From Christensenellaceae bacterium (GTDB lineage Bacteria > Bacillota > Clostridia > Christensenellales > Christensenellaceae): 64,000 nucleotides of DNA. The notes beneath the pieces were generated by a model. It was not told the DNA's origin. It ran no database searches and was given only the letters and a program-made list of their open reading frames with translations. The translations under genes were made by a program, and so were the position numbers. This document shows, one piece after another, positions 1-8,939 of the stretch. The first letter of the stretch is position 1. Every line of letters begins with the position of its first letter. The stretch covers positions 2,157 through 66,156 of the forward strand of contig JAXGQH010000004.1 of NCBI GenBank assembly GCA_040766545.1, in the 5' to 3' direction.

Positions 1-169
1 GGTGAAAGCAGAGCTGGTGTTTGAAGATGAGCGGCTCACCACCGTGATGGCCGAAAAGACGCTGCTGGAAGCGGACATGAGCCGGCAGAAGCGCCGGAAA
101 ATTGTGGACAAGATCGCGGCGGTGAACATACTTCAGGGTTATTTGGAAAGAAACCATAAATTATATTGA
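1..169 (+). CDS. ruvX: Holliday junction resolvase-like protein RuvX/YqgF, 3' partial
   Basis: Frame 2 reads ...[43 protein letters not shown]...* (DERLTT and D.IAA..IL motifs). It lies upstream of DUF1292, as is typical in Firmicutes. Not in the ORF track. Confidence 0.9.
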   Translation, partial: VKAELVFEDERLTTVMAEKTLLEADMSRQKRRKIVDKIAAVNILQGYLERNHKLY

Positions 170-183
170 AAGGTATCAAATAC

Positions 184-573
184 ATGAGTGAAAAAGAGCT
201 GAACAACGACGAATTGATGGAAGACGGCATCATCGAGCTGATCGACGACGACGGCAATAAAGTGAAGTTTGAGTGCCTGAGCACCTTCGACCACAAAGAC
301 CACTTCTACGCCGCCCTTCTGCCCGTGGACGCGGTGGAGGGCATGGAAGACGGGGAAGTGCTCATCATGCGCATAGACGACGACCCGGAGACCGAGATCA
401 CCTCCTTCTCCCCTGTGGAAAGCGAAGAGGAGCTGGACGAAGCCTGGGACGTGTTCATCAAACTTTACGAAGAGGAAGATGAGTGCGACTGCGAGGATTG
501 CGAAGAGGGCTGCGACTGCGGCTGTGAGGACGAAAGCTGCGACTGCGGCTGTGAGGACTGCGATCACGAATGA
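184..573 (+). CDS. DUF1292 family protein with a Cys/acidic C-terminal tail
   Basis: IIELIDDDGNKVKFE...YAALLP...V.IMRI...SEEELDEAWDVF; follows ruvX; ATG at 184. Confidence 0.8.
   Translation: MSEKELNNDELMEDGIIELIDDDGNKVKFECLSTFDHKDHFYAALLPVDAVEGMEDGEVLIMRIDDDPETEITSFSPVESEEELDEAWDVFIKLYEEEDECDCEDCEEGCDCGCEDESCDCGCEDCDHE
509..558 (+). repeat. Direct repeat of 23 nt (27-nt period) encoding the CDCGCED repeats
   Basis: gctgcgactgcggctgtgaggac at 509-531 and 536-558. Confidence 0.85.
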
Positions 574-580
574 TAAAACA

Positions 581-612
581 AGAAGAAACGGCGGGTACGC
601 CGTTTTTCTTTT
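581..612 (+). terminator. Rho-independent terminator
   Basis: aaacggcg-ggta-cgccgttt followed by a T-rich run. Confidence 0.8.
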
Positions 613-621
613 GTAAAATAC

Positions 622-651
622 TTGCAAATGGGAAAGCCCCTGTGCTATAAT
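622..651 (+). promoter_or_regulatory. SigA-type promoter of rpsB-tsf
   Basis: TTGCAA-18 nt-TATAAT with a TG extended -10. Confidence 0.7.
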
Positions 652-656
652 TTGCG

Positions 657-755
657 AGATAACGCACTTCTGCGGAATGTTTTCGTGTGCCCGTTTGGGT
701 GGAAACAGAGTTGAAACAGAAGGTGGAAAAACAAAAAACCGAAGGAGAAACAAAC
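657..755 (+). promoter_or_regulatory. Probable rpsB (S2) autoregulatory 5' leader
   Basis: About 100-nt leader with pairing segments (cacttctg/cagaaggtg; tgtttt/gaaaca). S2 leaders are known at this position. Structure not computed. Confidence 0.4.
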
Positions 756-1598
756 ATGGCAGTCATTTCTATGAAGCAGCTGCTCGAAGCCGGCGTGCAT
801 TTCGGGCATCAGACCAGAAGATGGAACCCCAAAATGCGGCCTTACATCTTCACCGAACGGAACGGCATCTATATCATCGACCTCCAGAAGACGGTGAAAA
901 AGATCGACGAAGCGTATTTCTTTATACGGGACGTGGCCATCGACAATAAGCCCATCCTGTTCGTGGGCACCAAGAAGCAGGCGCAGGAATCAGTGGAGAG
1001 CGAAGCAAAGCGTTGCGGACAGTACTTTGTGTCCAACCGGTGGCTCGGCGGTATGCTCACCAACTTTAAAACCATCCGTTCCAGAATCGACCGGCTGGTA
1101 TACATCGAAAAGCTCCAGGAGAGCGGAGACGCCGACCTTCTTCCCAAAAAGGAAGTGGTGCGGCTCATGCACGAAAAGGAAAAGCTGGAAAAGAACCTGG
1201 GCGGCATACGGGAACTGGGCAGACTTCCGGGCGCGCTGTTTGTGGTAGACCCGAGAAAAGAGCGGATCGTCGTTTCCGAAGCCAGGAAGCTGGGCATCCC
1301 GGTGGTGGCCATTGTGGACACCAACTGCGACCCCGATGAGATCGATTACCCCATCCCCGGCAACGACGACGCCATCCGTGCTGTGAAGCTCATCGTGTCC
1401 AAAATGGCCGACGCCGTGCTGGAAGGCAAGCAGGGCGAGCAGCTGGAAGACACCACGGAGGAAGTGGAAGTGGTGAGCGAAGAGCAAGAGGAGCAGGACG
1501 CCATCGAATCCATGGCTCAGGCCGTGAACGAAGAGATCTCAGAGGAAATGGGCATTGAGGAAACTCCCAAAGCCGCGGAAGAAACCCAGCCCGAATAA
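756..1598 (+). CDS. rpsB: 30S ribosomal protein S2
   Basis: [27 protein letters not shown]; SD aaggag; acidic C-terminal tail. Confidence 0.99.
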   Translation: MAVISMKQLLEAGVHFGHQTRRWNPKMRPYIFTERNGIYIIDLQKTVKKIDEAYFFIRDVAIDNKPILFVGTKKQAQESVESEAKRCGQYFVSNRWLGGMLTNFKTIRSRIDRLVYIEKLQESGDADLLPKKEVVRLMHEKEKLEKNLGGIRELGRLPGALFVVDPRKERIVVSEARKLGIPVVAIVDTNCDPDEIDYPIPGNDDAIRAVKLIVSKMADAVLEGKQGEQLEDTTEEVEVVSEEQEEQDAIESMAQAVNEEISEEMGIEETPKAAEETQPE

Positions 1599-1621
1599 GC
1601 ATATATTTTAGGAGGACGATT

Positions 1622-2272
1622 ATGGCAAACATATCCGCAAGCGACACAATGAAGCTCCGGCAGATGACGGGCAGCGGTCTCATGGACTGCAAGAAAGCCC
1701 TGACGGACGCAAACGGAGACTTCGACAAAGCGGTGGAAATATTGAAAGAAAGAGGTCTTGCCAAGGCGGTTAAAAAAGCGGGCAGGATTGCGGCCGAAGG
1801 CGTGGTGGCTTCTTATATCCACATGGGCGGCAAAATCGGCGTGCTGGTGGAAGTGAACTGTGAAACCGACTTTGTGGCCAAGACCGAAGGTTTTCTCACC
1901 TTTGTGAAGGACATCGCCATGCACATCGCCGCTTCCAACCCCAAGTATGTGCGGAAGGAAGAGGTGGACGCCGCCGAGGTTCAGGAGCAGAAGACGCTTC
2001 TTCTGAAGCAGGCGATGGCTGAGGGCAAGCCCCAGAATATCGCCGAGAAGATGGTGGAGGGCAGGCTCAAGAAGTTCTATGAGGAAATCTGCCTGTTGGA
2101 GCAGCCTTTCGTGAAGGATCAGGACAAAAAAGTGCAGGACGTGCTTACGGAAATGATCGCCAAGATCGGCGAGAACATCTCCATCAGGCGGTTTGTGCGC
2201 TACGAGATGGGCGAAGGCCTGGAAAAAAGGCAGGACGACTTCGTGGCCGAAGTCATGGCCCAGCAGAAATAA
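1622..2272 (+). CDS. tsf: Elongation factor Ts (short form)
   Basis: [26 protein letters not shown]. Confidence 0.99.
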   Translation: MANISASDTMKLRQMTGSGLMDCKKALTDANGDFDKAVEILKERGLAKAVKKAGRIAAEGVVASYIHMGGKIGVLVEVNCETDFVAKTEGFLTFVKDIAMHIAASNPKYVRKEEVDAAEVQEQKTLLLKQAMAEGKPQNIAEKMVEGRLKKFYEEICLLEQPFVKDQDKKVQDVLTEMIAKIGENISIRRFVRYEMGEGLEKRQDDFVAEVMAQQK

Positions 2273-2279
2273 AGGATGA

Positions 2280-2310
2280 AAAGCCGGACGCATACGCGCC
2301 CGGCTTTTTT
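2280..2310 (+). terminator. Rho-independent terminator after tsf
   Basis: aaagccgg...ccggcttttt stem with T-run. Confidence 0.8.
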
Positions 2311-2320
2311 ACAGGGCCGG

Positions 2321-2349
2321 TTGCCAAACGGGCGGGGATTTGCTATAAT
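2321..2349 (+). promoter_or_regulatory. SigA-type promoter of the pyrH operon
   Basis: TTGCCA-17 nt-TATAAT with TG extension. Confidence 0.7.
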
Positions 2350-2385
2350 AATTTCTGGCAAAAGACGACGGAAGGGAGAAGGGCT

Positions 2386-2523
2386 ATGAAAGCAAGGGAC
2401 AAAAATGATATGCTGCTGCTCGTTCCGGCTCTTCCGTTTATTTTTTTAAAAAGAGGCGTCTACTCGGGAACACTTCAAAAGGGGTGTTCTCTTTTCATAG
2501 TGGGCAGTAAGAGCCGGGTTTAA
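2386..2523 (+). other. Candidate 45-aa leader ORF in the pyrH 5' UTR overlapping a terminator-like hairpin
   Basis: SD-like gggaga then ATG; MKARDKNDMLLLVPALPFIFLKRGVYSGTLQKGCSLFIVGSKSRV*; hairpin gggaacacttc-aaaa-ggggtgttctc-tttt at about 2466-2495. Confidence 0.35.
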
Positions 2524-2538
2524 CCCAGGGGAGGAATT

Positions 2539-3240
2539 ATGCAGGCAAAGTACAAACGGGTCATTTTAAAAGTGAGCGGGGAAGCGCTGGCCAGCGAAGG
2601 AAAGCACATCGATTTTGATGTGGTGAATAACGTGGCCGGTCAAGTGGTTAAAATTATGCAGATGGGTGTGGAAGTCTGCATCATCGTGGGCGGGGGAAAC
2701 ATATGGAGAGGCCGCCAGGGAAAAGATATGGACCGGGTGACGGCCGACCATATGGGCATGCTGGCCACCGTCATCAACTCCCTCGCCATGCAGGACGCTT
2801 TGGAATCCGCGGGGGTGCAGGCGAGACTTCAGACGGCCATTGAAATGCGCCAGATCGCCGAACCCTACATCCGGCGCAAGGCCATCCGGCACCTGGAAAA
2901 GGGGCGGGTGGTGATCTTCGCCTGCGGCACGGGCAACCCTTACTTCACCACCGACACGGCGACCGCCCTTCGGGCGGCGGAGATGGAGGCCGACCTCATC
3001 CTCCTGGCCAAGAATGTGGACGGCATTTATGACTGCGACCCCAAGCTCAACCCGGGGGCCAGGAAATTTGAGGAGATCGGTTATCTGGAGGTCATCCAGC
3101 GGGGGCTTCAGGCCATGGACACCACGGCCGTGACGCTGTGCATGGAAAACAAAATCCCCATACTGGCCTTTGGGCTCGGGGAGGAGAACAGCATCGAGCG
3201 GGCCGTGCTGGGAGAGAAGCTCGGAACGCTCATCAGATAA
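2539..3240 (+). CDS. pyrH: UMP kinase
   Basis: [30 protein letters not shown]. Confidence 0.99.
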   Translation: MQAKYKRVILKVSGEALASEGKHIDFDVVNNVAGQVVKIMQMGVEVCIIVGGGNIWRGRQGKDMDRVTADHMGMLATVINSLAMQDALESAGVQARLQTAIEMRQIAEPYIRRKAIRHLEKGRVVIFACGTGNPYFTTDTATALRAAEMEADLILLAKNVDGIYDCDPKLNPGARKFEEIGYLEVIQRGLQAMDTTAVTLCMENKIPILAFGLGEENSIERAVLGEKLGTLIR

Positions 3241-3312
3241 CTTGTTCTTGTAAAAAAATGCGTTATCAAGTAAAATCAGAGTGAACGAAGTATTTGGACA
3301 GGAGGTAGAAAT

Positions 3313-3876
3313 ATGAGCGTACAGCATGAAGCTCTTCAAAACGCAAAAGAGAGGATGGAAAAAACCATTGCCGCTCTGACTACGGAACTTGCATCCATAC
3401 GAGCCGGAAGAGCAAATCCCCAGCTGCTAAACAGGATTATGGTCAACTACTACGGCACTCTGACACCCATTCCCCAGGTGGGAAACGTGGCCGTTCCCGA
3501 GCCGAGGATGCTCACCATTTCCCTTTGGGACGCAAGTCTCCTGAAGGAGGTTGAAAAAGCCATACTGGCTTCGGATTTGGGCATCAACCCCACAAACGAC
3601 GGCAAGATGATCCGGCTGGTGTTCCCCGAACCCACGGTGGAGAGAAGGCAGGAGCTGGCCAAAACTGCCCGGAAAAAGACAGAGGAAGCCAAAGTGGCCA
3701 TCCGAAACATCCGGCGGGACGCCATTGAGGAGCTCCGCAAGGACAAGAAGACCAGCGACATCACGGAAGACGACATGAAGGTGCTGGAAAAGGATTGCCA
3801 GACCATGACGGACAACTATAATAAAAAGCTGGACGAGATTGCGAAGGAAAAAGAAAAGGAGATCATGGAGTTTTAA
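3313..3876 (+). CDS. frr: Ribosome recycling factor
   Basis: SIRAGRANP, AIRNIRRDA. Confidence 0.99.
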   Translation: MSVQHEALQNAKERMEKTIAALTTELASIRAGRANPQLLNRIMVNYYGTLTPIPQVGNVAVPEPRMLTISLWDASLLKEVEKAILASDLGINPTNDGKMIRLVFPEPTVERRQELAKTARKKTEEAKVAIRNIRRDAIEELRKDKKTSDITEDDMKVLEKDCQTMTDNYNKKLDEIAKEKEKEIMEF

Positions 3877-3877
3877 C

Positions 3878-4096
3878 ATGGTCCTGGAAGAACTGCTGGG
3901 ACTGCCCCTTTCTTTGGCGGAGCAGCTGCTGAAAGAGGCGGTGCAGGCCTATGAAACCGAACTCTACGCGTTTAAAGAGGTATCCGGCGCGGCAGACCTC
4001 AGGGTGCTCCGCGCCGTTCAAAAAGAAAACAGGGTCAAGCTGCTTGTAAGTCCGTTTTTAACGGACTTACAAGCGGTTATGAAGAAAAATGGCTGA
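3878..4096 (+). CDS. Small hypothetical protein (72 aa), possibly PASTA-like
   Basis: Fills the frr-uppS gap, SD ggag; LLGLPLSLAEQLLKEA resembles the PASTA N-terminal helix pattern. Confidence 0.55.
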   Translation: MVLEELLGLPLSLAEQLLKEAVQAYETELYAFKEVSGAADLRVLRAVQKENRVKLLVSPFLTDLQAVMKKNG

Positions 4097-4814
4097 ATTA
4101 CTGACAAACGACCGCACTCTTCTGACAAAGCACGTGGCCATCATCATGGACGGCAACGGCAGATGGGCGAAAAGAAAGCATATGCCCCGCTCATACGGGC
4201 ATAAAAAAGGCGTGGAAAAGGTGAGGGAAATCGTGAAAGCAAGTTCCCGGCTGGGGATACAGGCTCTCACGCTTTTTGCATTTTCCACTGAAAACTGGAA
4301 GCGCCCCAAAGAGGAAGTGGGCTTTCTCATGAGCCTGCTCATGGAGTACCTCAAAAATGAGGTGCGGGAGCTCCACGAAAACGGGGTGGTTCTCCGGTGC
4401 ATCGGGAACCGCTCCCAGCTTTCCCCCGAACTCGTCCGGGTGATTGAGGAATCCGAACAGGCCACGGCGGGCAACTCCGGCCTAAGGCTCACCGTCGCCG
4501 TGAACTACGGCGGGCGGGACGAAGTGCTGGCCGCGGCCGCCTCCCTGGCCGAAGACTATAAGCTCGGGAAAATCTCCGCCCCTTCGGAAGAGGAATTTGA
4601 AAAGCGGCTATGCTCTTCTTTTCTCCCCGATGTGGACCTGATGATCCGCACCAGCGGGGAAATGCGCATCAGCAACTTTTTACTCTATACGGGCTCTTAC
4701 GCCGAGCTTTATTTTACCGATGTGTATTGGCCGGATTTTTCGGAAGAGGAATATGTGAAAGCCTTAAACGCGTATCTTGGTAGAAACAGGAGATACGGAG
4801 GAACAGAATGTTGA
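4089..4814 (+). CDS. uppS: Undecaprenyl diphosphate synthase
   Basis: HVAIIMDGNGRWA, FAFSTENWKRP, IRTSGEMRISNFL. Confidence 0.98.
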   Translation: MAELLTNDRTLLTKHVAIIMDGNGRWAKRKHMPRSYGHKKGVEKVREIVKASSRLGIQALTLFAFSTENWKRPKEEVGFLMSLLMEYLKNEVRELHENGVVLRCIGNRSQLSPELVRVIEESEQATAGNSGLRLTVAVNYGGRDEVLAAAASLAEDYKLGKISAPSEEEFEKRLCSSFLPDVDLMIRTSGEMRISNFLLYTGSYAELYFTDVYWPDFSEEEYVKALNAYLGRNRRYGGTEC

Positions 4815-5608
4815 AACGGACGATTGCCGGCCTCATTATGGCCGTGCTCCTGGGAGCCATACTCTATTTGGGCGGCTGGTATATCCGGGCGGCCTCCATC
4901 CTCATGGCTCTTCTCTGCGAATATGAAATACTGGCCACCATGAAAAAGGGAGGCGTCAAAACGATGGACGCGGCGGCCTACCTCTTTTCCGCCGCCCTCT
5001 TCCCCGCTTTTTATTTTTTCGGCATGGAGGGGGTATTCCTGGCCTACGCGCTCTTTGTCGCCGTCCTCTTTATACTGCGGGCGCTTTCCCGCCGGTATGA
5101 TTTTATAAGCGTGGCCCACACGGCTTTTACTGGGCTTTATCCCCAGCTCCTGATCGTGTATCTCTATCAGATCGCCTGCCTGAAGGACGGAAGGCTCGCC
5201 CTTCTCATGATCCTTCTCGCGCTGGCGGCCGCCTCGGGGAGCGACGTGTTCGCGTACTTCACGGGCAGCCTCTTTGGAAAACACAAGCTCGCCCCTGCCC
5301 TGAGCCCCAACAAGACGGTGGAAGGAGCGGTGGGCGGCGTGGCGGGCGGGGTGCTGTGCACGCTGGTCGTGGTGCTGATTTTTGGGGAAACGCAGTGCCC
5401 GCTGTACGTCTACCTGCTGGCCGGAGCGGTTTTGGCCGTTCTTTCCCAGTTTGGGGACCTGGCTTCTTCCATGATCAAGCGGCACTTCGGCGTGAAAGAT
5501 TTTGGCAGCCTGATTCCTGGCCACGGAGGCATGCTGGACAGGGTTTGCAGCATAATCTTTATACTGCCCGTGATTTTCCTCTTTTTCAGATTGTTTTACG
5601 GGATTTAG
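4808..5608 (+). CDS. cdsA: Phosphatidate cytidylyltransferase
   Basis: SPNKTVEG, KDFGSLIPGHGGMLDR. Confidence 0.97.
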   Translation: MLKRTIAGLIMAVLLGAILYLGGWYIRAASILMALLCEYEILATMKKGGVKTMDAAAYLFSAALFPAFYFFGMEGVFLAYALFVAVLFILRALSRRYDFISVAHTAFTGLYPQLLIVYLYQIACLKDGRLALLMILLALAAASGSDVFAYFTGSLFGKHKLAPALSPNKTVEGAVGGVAGGVLCTLVVVLIFGETQCPLYVYLLAGAVLAVLSQFGDLASSMIKRHFGVKDFGSLIPGHGGMLDRVCSIIFILPVIFLFFRLFYGI

Positions 5609-6757
5609 GTGGACGCCGTGAAAAAAATTGCCATCCTGGGTTCCACCGGCTCCATCGGGAAAAACACGCTGTCCGTGCTGGAGAGCCTCAGCGGGTATGA
5701 AGTCCATGCCCTTTCCACAAATGAAAATATCGGTCTTTTAAGGGAACAGGTACGAAAATACCGCCCGAGGGCCGTCGCCATTGCGGACGAAAAGTCCGCG
5801 AAAGAATTTTTTACGGACCCGCTCCGGGGAACGGACGTGTTTTGGGGGAAAGACGGTCTTCTCAATCTGTGCGAAGGGGCGGATCTGGTGGTGCTGGGAA
5901 TCGTGGGCATTGCCGGCCTGCCCGTGCTGGAATATTGCCTGAAAAGAAAAATTCCCATCGCCATCGCCACAAAAGAAGCCCTGGTCTGCGGCGGGCAGGT
6001 GGTGCGGAGTCTCATGGACGAGACAAAAACCCCCGTGCTGCCGCTCGACAGTGAAATTTCCGCCATCTTCCAGTGCATCGGCACAGAGGATAAAAGCCGC
6101 ATCGAAAAAATACTCCTCACCGCTTCGGGCGGGCCTTTTAGGGACAGTCCGCCTGAAAAAATCAGGAACGCCACCCTCGCGGAGGCGCTCAGCCATCCCA
6201 ACTGGAGCATGGGCGCCAAAATCTCCATCGACAGCGCCACCATGGCCAACAAGGGACTGGAGATCATGGAAACCCGCTGGATGTTCGACGTGGACCCGGA
6301 GAAAATCGCCGTGGTCGTCCACAAGGAGAGCATCGTCCACTCCATGGTGGAGTTTGTGGACGGGGCGGTGATGGCCCAGCTGGGAGCGACGGATATGCGG
6401 CTCCCCATTGCCTACGCTCTTTCCTATCCCCATCGGGCGCCCAACAACGCAAGAAAGCTCGACCTGTTTCAGACGGGAACCTTGAGCTTTGAAAAGCCCG
6501 ACCTTGACCGCTTTCCCTGCCTGGCACTCGCCATGGAGGCGGTGAAAGGGGGCGCGGCCATGCAGCTCGTGTACAACGCGGCCAACGACGCGGCCGTCTC
6601 TCTTTTCCGGGCGGGGGAAATCCGTTTTTTTGAGATCGCGGAGTTCATCAAAAGGCTGCTAAATGAGTTTTCCGGTCTGACCGTGACAAGTTTTGAGGAG
6701 ATTTACGAAGCAAACGACAGGATTACAGCTCGCGCGCTCCGTTTGAATAATTTGTAA
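5609..6757 (+). CDS. dxr: 1-deoxy-D-xylulose-5-phosphate reductoisomerase
   Basis: ILGSTGSIG, LTASGGPFR, HPNWSMGAKISIDSATMANKGLE. Confidence 0.98.
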   Translation: MDAVKKIAILGSTGSIGKNTLSVLESLSGYEVHALSTNENIGLLREQVRKYRPRAVAIADEKSAKEFFTDPLRGTDVFWGKDGLLNLCEGADLVVLGIVGIAGLPVLEYCLKRKIPIAIATKEALVCGGQVVRSLMDETKTPVLPLDSEISAIFQCIGTEDKSRIEKILLTASGGPFRDSPPEKIRNATLAEALSHPNWSMGAKISIDSATMANKGLEIMETRWMFDVDPEKIAVVVHKESIVHSMVEFVDGAVMAQLGATDMRLPIAYALSYPHRAPNNARKLDLFQTGTLSFEKPDLDRFPCLALAMEAVKGGAAMQLVYNAANDAAVSLFRAGEIRFFEIAEFIKRLLNEFSGLTVTSFEEIYEANDRITARALRLNNL

Positions 6758-6846
6758 AAAAGGGGCGGAAAAGACGTGGAGCGGCTGAAAAGCGAGTATA
6801 ATAAGGTTGCTTGAAGTGACGCGCCAAAGGCGCGGCGGAGGTTAAT

Positions 6847-7889
6847 TTGAGTATTATCATCACCGTTTTGGCAGGGCTTTTGGTATTGACCGTGCTGGTG
6901 GTCGCCCATGAATGCGGACACTTTTTTGTGGGCAAAGCCTGCGACATCCGGATCAACGAGTTTTCCGTGGGCTTTGGCCCCAAACTGTTTTCCCGCAAAA
7001 GAAAGAAAGACGACATCATTTACTCCCTTCGGGCGCTGCCCCTTGGGGGCTATGTGCAGTTTTACGGGGAAGACGAGGAAGTGGACGCGGCTTATGAACC
7101 CCGGGCTTTTAACAACCGCCCCCTGTGGCAGCGGGCGCTGACGCTTCTGGCCGGCCCGGCCATGAACCTCATTGCGGCTCTTCTCATCACCGTCATCGTG
7201 CTCACGGCTTTTGGGGATTATGTGCCCGTGATCAAGTCCGTGACCGAGGGCACGCCCGCTTATGAGGCGGGGCTTCAGGAAGGGGACCGGGTGGTGATGT
7301 TCGAGGGAAAAAAGATCGACTTCAGCACGGAGTTTGAGCTGGCTACGGGGAATATGGAAAACAAGGAAAGCGTCACCATCGGCGTGGAGCGGGAAGGCTC
7401 TTATAAAGAGTTCACCGTGGCTCTTCGCTACGACGAGGAGACGGGCCGCAACATGATGGGCATCAAGTACAGCTCGGACACGCGGAAGAAGTTCTCTTTC
7501 TTTGAGGCGCTGGGCTTAAGCTTTAAGTGGATGTATCTCATCATCGTGGAGATGTTCCAGTATCTCGGGCGGCTGCTCTCGGGAAGCGAAGGCGTGGGCG
7601 GCCTGGCGGGGCCGGTCGGGACCATCACCATCATCGGGGAGGCGGTCAGAAGCGGTTTCGAAGTGACCATGCGCCTTGCCGCGCTCTTGTCCATCAACCT
7701 GGGCATCATGAACCTCCTGCCTTTTCCGGCTCTGGACGGAGGGAGGCTTTTGTTCCTGGGCGTCGAAAAATACGAGGAAAGGCGATCCCGAGGAAGGTGG
7801 AAGGATATATCAACATGGCGGGGCTGGTGCTGCTGTTCGCCCTCATGATTTTTCTCACTTACCAGGATATCGCAAGGCTGCTGGCCTGA
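6847..7889 (+). CDS. rseP: RIP metalloprotease RseP (frameshift near 7770, likely sequencing error)
   Basis: HECGH, PDZ domain, NLLPFPALDGG; the C-terminus continues in the frame ending at 7889 (…TYQDIARLLA). Confidence 0.92.
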
Positions 7890-7899
7890 AGTATAGAAC

Positions 7900-8931
7900 A
7901 TGATAAAACGGGAAATTAAAATCGGGTCGCGGCGCATCGGGGGGAACAATCCCATCCTGATCCAGTCAATGACCAATTCGGACACCAACGACGTGGAGGC
8001 CACCGCACTCCAAATGCGGCGGCTGGAAGAGGCGGGCTGCGAAATCATACGCGTGGCCGCTTACGATCTGGCGTGCGCCAAGTCCATTGGCAAACTGAAA
8101 GAAAAGACGTCTATGCCCATCGTGGCGGACGTGCATTTTGATTACCGCATCGCCGTGGCCTGCATCGAGGCGGGGGCGGACAAAGTGCGCATCAACCCGG
8201 GCAACATCGGGCGGGAAGAAAACGTGCAGCGGGTGGCGGACGCCGCCAAAATGCACGGCGTGCCCATCCGGGTGGGGGCCAATTCGGGCTCCATCGGGAG
8301 CAAATATCACGGCCTCTCCAAAGAGGACGCCCTTCTTGAAAGCACGCTTGAAAATGTGCGCACGCTGGAAAAATGCGGCTTTTATGACATTGTGATCGCT
8401 TTAAAATCAACGGACGTGGCCACCACCGTGGCCGCTTACCGTAAAATGGACAAGCTCACGGATTACCCCCTTCATCTTGGCATCACGGAGGCGGGAAGCT
8501 ACGACAATTCCATTGTGAAGTCGGCCATGGGCATCGGCTCATTGCTGCTGGATGGCATCGGCGACACCATACGGGTGTCCGTCACGGGGGACTCCCTGCT
8601 GGAAATACAGGCGGCAAAGAAAATCCTCCAGTTTTCGGGGAGAAGGCGGTTCGGTCCCGAGGTCATCTCCTGCCCCACCTGCGCCCGCACCAGGATCGAC
8701 CTGATCGAACTGGCGGCCAAAGTGGAAAAGCTGGCCGAGCAGATGGACAAGCCGGTGAAAATCGCCGTGATGGGCTGCGTGGTGAACGGGCCGGGGGAGG
8801 CGGGAGACGCCGACATCGGCATTGCCGGCGAAAACGGCATGGGCGTGGTGTTTAAAAAAGGCCAGCCCGTGGCCAAAGTGAGCGAGGAGGAATTGCTTTT
8901 CGAGCTGGAACGGCAGCTAAAGTCCTTTTGA
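7900..8931 (+). CDS. ispG: (E)-4-hydroxy-3-methylbut-2-enyl-diphosphate synthase
   Basis: IQSMTN, ADVHFDY, RINPGNIG, SCPTCAR, MGCVVNGPGE. Confidence 0.98.
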   Translation: MIKREIKIGSRRIGGNNPILIQSMTNSDTNDVEATALQMRRLEEAGCEIIRVAAYDLACAKSIGKLKEKTSMPIVADVHFDYRIAVACIEAGADKVRINPGNIGREENVQRVADAAKMHGVPIRVGANSGSIGSKYHGLSKEDALLESTLENVRTLEKCGFYDIVIALKSTDVATTVAAYRKMDKLTDYPLHLGITEAGSYDNSIVKSAMGIGSLLLDGIGDTIRVSVTGDSLLEIQAAKKILQFSGRRRFGPEVISCPTCARTRIDLIELAAKVEKLAEQMDKPVKIAVMGCVVNGPGEAGDADIGIAGENGMGVVFKKGQPVAKVSEEELLFELERQLKSF

Positions 8932-8939
8932 GGTGAAGC

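Noticed and set aside
756-2272. Heavy CGG codon usage suggesting CGG reassignment
   Set aside because: CGG occurs at invariant Arg positions (e.g. S2 NRWLGG, EF-Ts LRQMTG), which supports the standard code.
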